From assembly GCA_029263215.1 (NCBI GenBank), contig JAJCXY010000056.1, positions 73,678 to 137,677 on the forward strand: a DNA stretch of 64,000 bases. Direction: 5' to 3'. Made by a program: the position numbers and the translations under genes. How positions within the stretch are numbered: the stretch's first letter is position 1; every line of letters begins with the position of its first letter. The notes under the pieces are model-generated. The model was not told where the DNA came from and made no database searches. It saw only the letters and a program-made list of their open reading frames with translations. Positions 1-7,159 of the stretch are shown in pieces. Source of the stretch: Acidimicrobiales bacterium. Its GTDB lineage: Bacteria; Actinomycetota; Acidimicrobiia; Acidimicrobiales; Aldehydirespiratoraceae.

Positions 1-104
1 TGGAGACGTATCGTCGGTGTCGGTCAGGATGGGTCCGAGTGCAGGATGCCATCACAATGGAACGGTGAGCCGTCGGGTTCGCTGGACCGGGATTGAGTCG
101 TACT

Positions 105-165
105 CGGAGCCCCGAGGAGTTTACTGGCGCAAGCCGGGAGGCTACTCGGGGCTTCGTTCCGTTTT
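105..165 (+). terminator. Long GNRA-capped hairpin followed by a T-rich tract. Candidate intrinsic terminator for a + strand gene lying upstream of the window.
   Basis: CGGAGCCCCGAG (105-116) pairs with CTCGGGGCTTCG (145-156). The helix continues through 118-120/141-143 and 124-128/133-137 to a GCAA tetraloop (129-132). TTCCGTTTTGG follows at 157-167. Confidence 0.4.
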
Positions 166-177
166 GGAGCGAGTCCG

Positions 178-195
178 GAGTCGGTGGACCGACTC
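178..195 (-). terminator. Short hairpin overlapping the stop codon of the zinc-ribbon ORF.
   Basis: GAGTCGG (178-184), loop TGGA, CCGACTC (189-195). It sits on the TGA at 194-196 (minus strand). There is no clear U-tract. Confidence 0.25.
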
Positions 196-391
196 AGTCG
201 TCCTTCAATGCCACCGCGTTGGGAGTGACGTTCATCTTCGGCTCGTACTCGACCTGGGCGACCACACGATGATCCCCGCCGAGCGAGGCGCAGAGTTCGG
301 TGCGACACGCCGTGCACGGCCCGTAGTAGGTCTCGGTGCATTCGGCGCCGCAACGCGGACAGGTGATCGACATCTGGGTCACGAGCTGCAC
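194..391 (-). CDS. Small zinc-ribbon protein (65 aa), function unknown.
   Basis: GC3 is very high. Two Cys pairs are present, CPRCG...CTAC plus an extra C. The start is GTG. Confidence 0.6.
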   Translation of the reverse strand: MQLVTQMSITCPRCGAECTETYYGPCTACRTELCASLGGDHRVVAQVEYEPKMNVTPNAVALKDD

Positions 392-467
392 CCTCTCACA
401 TCATCCCCCTACCGTGGGTGACCCGATTTCGTGCGGATAGGATCCCGCTGCTCTGGGAGGGGCGGCT

Positions 468-1907
468 ATGACCCGACAAGTACCAGATGGCGCGCCCAGC
501 CCGGTGATCGTGGGCGCCGGCCCCGCCGGGCTAACCGCGGCCTACCGGCTGGGCCAGCTCGGGCACACCGCCACGGTGCTCGAGGCCGACGATGTGGTCG
601 GAGGGATCTCTCGCACCGTGGAGATCGACGGCTGGCGCTTCGACATCGGCGGTCACCGATTTTTCACGAAGGTTGCTCCGGTGGCGGAGCTGTGGCATGA
701 GATCCTTCCAGCCGAAGACTTTCTCACCCGACCCCGCATGAGTCGGATCTTCTACGGAGGCAAGTTCTACGACTACCCGCTCAGGGCGTTCAATGCGCTG
801 GCAAACCTCGGCATCATCGAGGCGCTCCGCTGTGTGATCTCCTATGGCTGGGTCCGCATCAGACCTCCACGCGATCAAACCACGTTCGAGGGATACACCG
901 CGGCCAGGTTTGGTTGGCGCCTCTACCGCATCTTCTTCCAGACCTACACCGAGAAGGTCTGGGGAGTGCCCGGATCGCAACTCCAGGCCGACTGGGCGGC
1001 CCAGAGAATCAAGAACCTCAACCTCTTCCGTGCTGTTGTCAATTCGCTGCTTCCGAAGCGAAACCAAACCGAGGTCACCAGTCTCATCGAGGAGTTCGAG
1101 TACCCCCGCCACGGCCCGGGAATGATGTGGGAACGCTGCCATCAACTGGTCGTGGACCAGGGCAGCCGGGTCGAACTCCACCACCGGGTCAGGCGGATCA
1201 GCCACGTCGACGGGCGTGCTGTAGAGGTGTGCACCGCCACCCCCGACGGCGAGCGCACGTTTCTGTGTAGCGATCTCATCTCCTCCATGCCAATCCCATT
1301 GCTCATCGAGGCGATGGATCCACCGCCGCCTGCGGAAGTGCTGGCCGCCGCCCGAGGGCTGCAGTTCCGCGACTTCCTGACCGTGGCCCTGGTGGTTCCC
1401 GCCGAGGCTGCGTTCCCCGACAACTGGATCTACATCCATGCCCCGAACGTAGAGGTCGGTCGAGTCCAGAACTTCGGCGCCTGGTCGCCGGAGATGGTGC
1501 CCCGCGCCGGGAAAACCTGCCTCGGCCTCGAGTACTTCGTCGATGAGGGAGACCGCCTCTGGTGCGCCGACGACCACGACCTCATCCAGCAAGGGATTCA
1601 GGAGCTCGCAGAACTGGGACTGGTTGATCCCGCTGTCGTGGAGGAGGGATTCGTCTTCCGGATGGCGAAGGCCTACCCCATGTACGACGCCCACTATCGC
1701 GCCAATGTCGACGTGTTGCGGGCCTGGCTCGACCAGAATGCCACCAACGTCCATCCGGTCGGCCGCAACGGTATGCATCGCTACAACAACCAGGATCACT
1801 CGATGTACACCGCGATGCTCACCGTCGACAACATCGTCAATGGTTCGAGCCACAATGTGTGGGAAGTCAATGTCGACGCGGAATACCACGAAGAGACCAC
1901 CGCCTAA
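468..1907 (+). CDS. NAD(P)/FAD-dependent oxidoreductase (amine-oxidase / UDP-galactopyranose-mutase-like flavoprotein).
   Basis: N-terminal dinucleotide-binding motif VIVGAGPAGLTAAYRL...LEADDVVGG. 479-aa ORF with coding-type GC3. Confidence 0.85.
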   Translation: MTRQVPDGAPSPVIVGAGPAGLTAAYRLGQLGHTATVLEADDVVGGISRTVEIDGWRFDIGGHRFFTKVAPVAELWHEILPAEDFLTRPRMSRIFYGGKFYDYPLRAFNALANLGIIEALRCVISYGWVRIRPPRDQTTFEGYTAARFGWRLYRIFFQTYTEKVWGVPGSQLQADWAAQRIKNLNLFRAVVNSLLPKRNQTEVTSLIEEFEYPRHGPGMMWERCHQLVVDQGSRVELHHRVRRISHVDGRAVEVCTATPDGERTFLCSDLISSMPIPLLIEAMDPPPPAEVLAAARGLQFRDFLTVALVVPAEAAFPDNWIYIHAPNVEVGRVQNFGAWSPEMVPRAGKTCLGLEYFVDEGDRLWCADDHDLIQQGIQELAELGLVDPAVVEEGFVFRMAKAYPMYDAHYRANVDVLRAWLDQNATNVHPVGRNGMHRYNNQDHSMYTAMLTVDNIVNGSSHNVWEVNVDAEYHEETTA

Positions 1908-1980
1908 GTGGGCTAACTTCCAGGGCACGACTGCCGACGTGGAGCACTAGGTCAGTGGCCGCCGCTCGGAGGTGAGCTCC

Positions 1981-3624
1981 ATGTCACGTCGCGATCGGGA
2001 TTCAAGTCCCTTCGAAATCGAACGCCTCGTCGAGTCGGAGCACCGCGCCGGGGTCGATCTGGCTTGGATAGTCGTTCTCGGCGTGACCCTTTGCGTCCTC
2101 GCGATCGCATTCACGGTGCCGGACCAGCTTCTCAATCGAATCGACGACGTCGACGAGCTCAACTTCAACGGGGTTCTGGCCCTGGTGTTCATAGTCCCCA
2201 TGGGCGCGTCGTTCTTTGCGTTACGTCGCTACCGGGATGCCATCGGCGCTCAGCGCCAACTCACCCATCTCTCCCTCCACGATGCTCTCACCGGCCTGCC
2301 CAACCGTCGCCACCTACGTGAGGTGCTCCCGTCGTCGTTCCTGCACGCCCGGCGCAACAACACAAAGGCCGCGGTCTTCTTCATCGATCTCGATGGGTTC
2401 AAGGTCGTGAACGACACATACGGCCATGAGGTGGGAGACGAGTTGATGAAGGCGGTGGCGGAGCGCCTACAACGCATGTGTGAGCCCGACCGCTGGGCGG
2501 CGCGGTTCGCAGGCGACGAGTTCGTGCTGATTGACCCGCTGCCCCACACCCATGAAGCAGCCGAGCGCTTCGCCATAGACGTTGTGGCCGCGATCGAGAC
2601 ACCATTCGAGCTCGGCGAGGACCAGATTTCGATATCGGCGAGTATTGGTGTGGCCTTCGGCGATGTCACCGACGACCCAGATGAGATCTTGCGCGATGCC
2701 GATGCCGCGATGTACGACGCCAAGGGCAGCGACGACCGCACTTCCGTCTACGCCGACTGGATGCGCGTCAATCTCACACCCGCCACTGCCGAGCGACGCC
2801 TCCACGAGGCCCTCGACAGGGGCGAGTTCAAACTCCTGTTCCAGCCAATCGTCGCTCTGCGCACAGGATCGATCGTCGGAACCGAGGCCTTGCTGCGCTG
2901 GGACGATCCGCAGCGGGGCATCGTCGCCCCCCTGGACTTTCTCGGAGCTCTCGAAGACACGGGCCTGATCGTGCCGGTCGGGCGTTGGGTGTTCGGTGAG
3001 GCCTGTCGCCAAGCCCGCCGATGGGCAGACATGGCCGCTCCAGGTGAAGTGCCGCTCAGAGTCACCGTCAACGTTTCGCCTCGCCAGCTTTCCCAGGTCG
3101 ATTTCATCGACGATGTGGCCCGAGCGATCGAGGCCGCTGAGCTGGAGCCGGGAACGATCTATCTGGAGTTCACCGAGGCCGCGCTCATCAACGACCCCCG
3201 AGGCGCCTGGGCGGCCTTGGGGAGGATCAGAGAGCTTGGCGTCGGTCTCGCCCTCGACGACTTCGGCAGCGGCTATTCATCACTTACTCATCTGCGCAGC
3301 TTCGACCTCGAGCTCTTGAAGCTCGACGGCGCCTACCTCGATACACTCGGCACCAATTCGAAGGACGACGCAACCGTCCGCCATGTTCTCTCCCTTGCTC
3401 GGGCGCTCGGAATCGCCACCGTCGCAGAAGGAATCACCGAACCCGCCCAGATCGACCTCCTGGTCGAGTTCGGTTGTGAGCTCGGACAAGGGTTCCACTT
3501 CGCTGAGCCCGTGCCGGCCACGAGCATCGATCTACTCGTGAACCACCGCTCCGGGGTGTCCGATTCGCTCCAACCGGACGACGCCGACGTGGTGCTGCCC
3601 CGGCTTCGCACCAGCACCCCCTGA
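1981..3624 (+). CDS. Membrane-anchored GGDEF-EAL protein (diguanylate cyclase / c-di-GMP phosphodiesterase).
   Basis: Two N-terminal TM helices. The GGDEF domain carries an AGDEF variant (RFAGDEFVLI, 2509-2523). EAL motifs EALLRW, DDFGSGYSSL, KLDG, EGITE and GQGFHF are present. I prefer ATG 1981 over GTG 1972 because GGAGG lies at 1966-1970. Confidence 0.9.
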   Translation: MSRRDRDSSPFEIERLVESEHRAGVDLAWIVVLGVTLCVLAIAFTVPDQLLNRIDDVDELNFNGVLALVFIVPMGASFFALRRYRDAIGAQRQLTHLSLHDALTGLPNRRHLREVLPSSFLHARRNNTKAAVFFIDLDGFKVVNDTYGHEVGDELMKAVAERLQRMCEPDRWAARFAGDEFVLIDPLPHTHEAAERFAIDVVAAIETPFELGEDQISISASIGVAFGDVTDDPDEILRDADAAMYDAKGSDDRTSVYADWMRVNLTPATAERRLHEALDRGEFKLLFQPIVALRTGSIVGTEALLRWDDPQRGIVAPLDFLGALEDTGLIVPVGRWVFGEACRQARRWADMAAPGEVPLRVTVNVSPRQLSQVDFIDDVARAIEAAELEPGTIYLEFTEAALINDPRGAWAALGRIRELGVGLALDDFGSGYSSLTHLRSFDLELLKLDGAYLDTLGTNSKDDATVRHVLSLARALGIATVAEGITEPAQIDLLVEFGCELGQGFHFAEPVPATSIDLLVNHRSGVSDSLQPDDADVVLPRLRTSTP

Positions 3625-3628
3625 GCAC

Positions 3629-4501
3629 TCAAGCGCCCCCGACATCCGACGGTGGCGGCCCGTAGCGGCCGCGCAGGTGGTCACGGATCCCCTTCAGACG
3701 CCCTGCCGGCGACCAGTGCAAGCCCCTCGCGGGCGCGTGAATGATGCCGACGGGGATCTGGACGAGGGCCCAGAAGATCCGAAACACCACCTGGCGGCGG
3801 CCGAAGTGCTCCCTCATCATCAGCAAGATATTGCGGAGTTGGAGGTAGGCCACCCTCTCGATGGAGGCGCTCATACCCGGGTTGCGAACCATCGCTCCCC
3901 GGACGAGACCACAACTCCAACCCGCTTCCTTGGCCCGCAGAGCCAGTTCGGATTCTTCGCAATATGCGAAGTAGCGCTCATCGAAGACGCCCACTTCCTC
4001 CAGACATCGGCGACGCGCCAGCATGAGAGTTCCGTGCGGATAGTCGACCAACTCGAACCCTTCCTCGACGGTGGCCGGCAGGTCGATGGTACCGAGGAAC
4101 GGCTCGATCACCGGACGAGCACCATCTCCTACGTCGGCGCTGGCCAGACCCACCTCGGGTCGAGCATCGACGGCGTCGATGATCTTCTCCAACGTGTCCG
4201 GTTCGGGCAGGGCATCGTGGGGAGTGATCGCCACCCACTCCCCCACTCCGGCCCGCAACCAACGCCGTAGACCGACATTGGCACCTGGTCCGAAACCGAG
4301 GTTTCGGCCGGCCCTGATGACCTGCACGATCCCGGCTAGGTCGTTGAGGACATCGTCGGCGTTCGCTGACGATCCGTTGTCGACCAGGATCACCTTGGTG
4401 GGGATCGACTGTGCGAGGTAGGCATCCACGGTCCGAACGACAGCATCGGGACGGTTGTGATGGATGATGACGACCGTGACAGGAGACTCAGATATAGACA
4501 T
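3629..4501 (-). CDS. Family 2 glycosyltransferase.
   Basis: VTVVIIHHNRPD...LVDNGSS...GFGPGAN is typical of GT2. Start placed at ATG 4501, with AAGGA about 10 nt upstream. The longer track ORF would overlap the divergent GT4 gene. Confidence 0.85.
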   Translation of the reverse strand: MSISESPVTVVIIHHNRPDAVVRTVDAYLAQSIPTKVILVDNGSSANADDVLNDLAGIVQVIRAGRNLGFGPGANVGLRRWLRAGVGEWVAITPHDALPEPDTLEKIIDAVDARPEVGLASADVGDGARPVIEPFLGTIDLPATVEEGFELVDYPHGTLMLARRRCLEEVGVFDERYFAYCEESELALRAKEAGWSCGLVRGAMVRNPGMSASIERVAYLQLRNILLMMREHFGRRQVVFRIFWALVQIPVGIIHAPARGLHWSPAGRLKGIRDHLRGRYGPPPSDVGGA

Positions 4502-4577
4502 GTCGGCGGAATCCTTGCCGTCCACCTCGCCGACAGGCAAGCCGCGCCGGCTTCGATTGCCCGGACACGCCGGTACC

Positions 4578-5765
4578 ATGCCTCAGTCCAGTCACCCGGA
4601 GGGGGCGAAAGTGCGTCGATCGAGTGGTGAGTCGATCGCCAAGATCGGAGATCTCGCCGCCGAAGTGGGCATCAAGCGGATCCACATGTTGGCGTGGCGT
4701 GATCTTGCCGATGTCGAGGCCGGTGGCTCCGAGCTACATTCTGCGACCGTGGCCTCCTTGTGGAGCGAGGCCGGGATCGAAGTGATGATGCGCGCTTCCT
4801 ATGCGCAGGGTTCGCCACCGGAGACCACGCGCGACGGCTACACCGTCATCAGGCGGGCCGGTCGCTACCTGGTGTTCCCTCGGGCCGTCATCTCCGAGCT
4901 CCTCGGACGCCACGGACGTCGCGATGGACTGGTGGAGATCTGGAACGGTGTTCCCTTCTTCTCGCCGATCTGGGCTCGGGGACCGCGCGTGACGTGGCTC
5001 CACCATGTGCATGAGGAGATGTGGCCGATGGTGCTGCCTCCCAACCTGGCCCGCGCCGGCCAGATCCTGGAGGGCCGCATAGCACCGCCCTTCTACCGTC
5101 GTTCAGCGGTGGTGACCCTCAGCGAGTCGTCGCGCCACGACATCATGTCCCGCCTGCGGCTTCCGGCGGAGAACATTCAGGTCGTGCCCCCAGGGATTGG
5201 TGCCAGCTTCACTCCCGGCGGTACGCGATCCGATAGCCCGATGGTGCTCGGGGTGGGTCGCCTGATGCCGTCCAAGGCCTTCGACAGCCTCATCGAGGCA
5301 ATGCTGGAAGTTCGCCTCACGATCCCCAATGCCCGCCTCGTGATCGTGGGCGAGGGACATGAGCGCGACATGCTCGAGCGACGGATCACCGAGCTCGGCG
5401 CCGAGGAGTGGTGCGAACTAGCCGGGCGGGTCCGCGATGAGGAGTTGCTCGATCTCTACCGCTCTACCTGGGTGGTGGCCAGCGCCTCGCGGTCGGAGGG
5501 CTGGGGAATGACCATCACCGAGGCCGCGGCCTGCGGTACTCCAAGTGTCGCAACCCGCATCTCTGGTCATGTCGATGCCATAGACGACCAGGCGACGGGC
5601 CTGCTCGCGGAAGCCGACGACCTCGCCCCCGCCCTGTCGCGAATCCTGAGCGACGACGGTCTGCGCGACCAGCTCGGAAAAGAGGCCGGCATGAGAGCGG
5701 CGCGATTCAGTTGGGAGCGCACGGCCTACGACACCCTCGAGGTGCTTGCCGCCCAATGTCGTTAG
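4578..5765 (+). CDS. Family 4 (GT-B) glycosyltransferase.
   Basis: C-terminal EGWGMTITEAAACGTP (E-x7-E type motif), plus GVGRLMPSKAFD. The start is uncertain: ATG 4578 chosen, GTG 4674 is also possible. Confidence 0.85.
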   Translation: MPQSSHPEGAKVRRSSGESIAKIGDLAAEVGIKRIHMLAWRDLADVEAGGSELHSATVASLWSEAGIEVMMRASYAQGSPPETTRDGYTVIRRAGRYLVFPRAVISELLGRHGRRDGLVEIWNGVPFFSPIWARGPRVTWLHHVHEEMWPMVLPPNLARAGQILEGRIAPPFYRRSAVVTLSESSRHDIMSRLRLPAENIQVVPPGIGASFTPGGTRSDSPMVLGVGRLMPSKAFDSLIEAMLEVRLTIPNARLVIVGEGHERDMLERRITELGAEEWCELAGRVRDEELLDLYRSTWVVASASRSEGWGMTITEAAACGTPSVATRISGHVDAIDDQATGLLAEADDLAPALSRILSDDGLRDQLGKEAGMRAARFSWERTAYDTLEVLAAQCR

Positions 5766-5795
5766 TGGCGCTGTTCCCCCGGCAGAGATGAGAAA

Positions 5796-6389
5796 TCAGG
5801 CCGGTGCACCCGCTCGGGTGAGCGCGTGCTGAACCAGCTCGAGGAGAGTCGACTTGGTGGCCGCGCGGTCGCGGGCATCGGTGACCATCATCGGCACCTC
5901 GGCCGGAATTGCGAGAGCCTCGCGAACGTCGTCGAGAGAATGGTGAATCCGCCCGAAGAAGGCGTTCACCGCCACCACGAACGGCAGGCCGGCCGACTCG
6001 AAGTAGTCGACTGCGGCGAAGCAGTCTTCCAACCGGGAGGTGTCGACCAGCACCACGGCGCCGATGGCGCCCCTGACGAGGTCGTCCCACATGAAGTGGA
6101 AGCGATCTTGGCCTGGCGTGCCGAACAGGTAGAGGATCAGGTCGTCGCCAAGGCTGATCCGGCCGAAGTCCATGGCGACGGTGGTCGATTTCTTCTCGGC
6201 TTCACCCGCGATGTCGACACCGGCGCTGTGGGTGGTGAGGGCCGCCTCGGTGGTAAGCGGCTCGATCTCACTTATCGATCCGACGAAAGTCGTCTTGCCG
6301 ACCGCGTAGCCGCCGGCCACCACGATCTTGACGGGGATCGGAACGGCCCCGCTTGATGCTTTGGACGGTTCAGAGCGCTTGAAGACCAT
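5796..6389 (-). CDS. cvnD: Conservon GTPase (Ras-like, MglA/CvnD family ATP/GTP-binding protein).
   Basis: P-loop KIVVAGGYAVGKTTF and DFGRI...LFGTPGQDRF. It is the last gene of a four-gene conservon arrangement. ATG 6389 chosen. Confidence 0.85.
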   Translation of the reverse strand: MVFKRSEPSKASSGAVPIPVKIVVAGGYAVGKTTFVGSISEIEPLTTEAALTTHSAGVDIAGEAEKKSTTVAMDFGRISLGDDLILYLFGTPGQDRFHFMWDDLVRGAIGAVVLVDTSRLEDCFAAVDYFESAGLPFVVAVNAFFGRIHHSLDDVREALAIPAEVPMMVTDARDRAATKSTLLELVQHALTRAGAPA

Positions 6390-6732
6390 CGAGGACCCTT
6401 TCGAGGAGTCGGAGGTCGGGACGGGAATCCGAGGCGGCAACAGGGGTGCTGTTGCAGTCGAGGAAACCCTCCGTAACCATGTCGCCTACCAGAACGCGGG
6501 CGACACCTAGGGGCAATTGGAGGTGTGCTGATATCTCCACTATCGACGTCGGATCGATGCAGAGTTCGCAGATCAGGCGTCGTTCCGTGGCCAGTTCTTG
6601 TGAACCGGCTTCGCCCCGCGTCGTGACGCGAACGATCGTCTCGAGCGCAAGCTCGGTCGACGATCGGACCCGTCCACCGGTCAGCGCGTACGGACGTACG
6701 CGCAACCGGTCTTCGCGAGGTGTTTCGTTCAT
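6370..6732 (-). CDS. cvnC: Conservon DUF742-family protein.
   Basis: 120 aa. RVRPYALTGGR... is the typical DUF742 N-terminus. Its ATG overlaps the cvnB stop (ATGA at 6729-6732). Confidence 0.8.
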   Translation of the reverse strand: MNETPREDRLRVRPYALTGGRVRSSTELALETIVRVTTRGEAGSQELATERRLICELCIDPTSIVEISAHLQLPLGVARVLVGDMVTEGFLDCNSTPVAASDSRPDLRLLERVLDGLQAL

Positions 6733-7151
6733 CGGGGCAGTGAGCTCTGCAATTCGGCGCGGAGTTCGGGGGTGAGGAAGGGCCCGGTCTTCTCGACGAG
6801 CACGGCCATCTCATAGCCGACGAGTCCGACGTCGCAGTCGGCGTCGGCCACGACGGCCAGGCACGAGCCATCGCTCACGCCGGTGACGAAAAGGAAGGCG
6901 TACTCCATCTCGATGATCACCTCGTTGACGCGTCCTCCGCCGAAACGGCCGGCGGCGCCATAGGCAAGGCCGATGAGGCCGGAGGCGACAGCGGCGAAAC
7001 GGTCGGCGGCGTCTCGATCGAGGCCTCCGGAGAGGGCCATTGGAAGGCCATCGGAGGAGACCACGACGGTCTCGCTCACGCCCGGTACTCGCTCGACGAA
7101 GTTCGCCACGAGCCAGTTGACGTTGTTGGCGGCTGTTGTCATCTCGGTCAT
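6729..7151 (-). CDS. cvnB: Roadblock/LC7 domain protein of the conservon.
   Basis: 140 aa. VPGVSETVVVSSDGLPMA...GSCLAVVA is a roadblock/LC7 signature. It lies 8 nt downstream of cvnA. Confidence 0.85.
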   Translation of the reverse strand: MTEMTTAANNVNWLVANFVERVPGVSETVVVSSDGLPMALSGGLDRDAADRFAAVASGLIGLAYGAAGRFGGGRVNEVIIEMEYAFLFVTGVSDGSCLAVVADADCDVGLVGYEMAVLVEKTGPFLTPELRAELQSSLPR

Positions 7152-7159
7152 TTGTTTCC

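Noticed and set aside
1-96. Possible 3' end of a + strand gene terminating at TGA 94-96 (frame 1), or the 134-aa track ORF 17-421.
   Set aside because: GC3 of both frames is only about 65 percent, there are no motifs, and ORF 17-421 is antisense to the well-supported zinc-ribbon ORF. I cannot support a CDS call from about 100 nt.
531-1928. Long ORFs antisense to, or out of frame with, recognised genes. Examples: 531-1928(-), 12286-15099(+), 46739-48166(+), 49673-50962(+), 50584-51972(+), 38642-40153(+), 41752-42831(-).
   Set aside because: Their translations are Arg/Pro/Gly/His-rich and low-complexity, with no motifs. They fully overlap ORFs with clear family signatures. This is a typical stop-codon-poor artefact of high-GC DNA.
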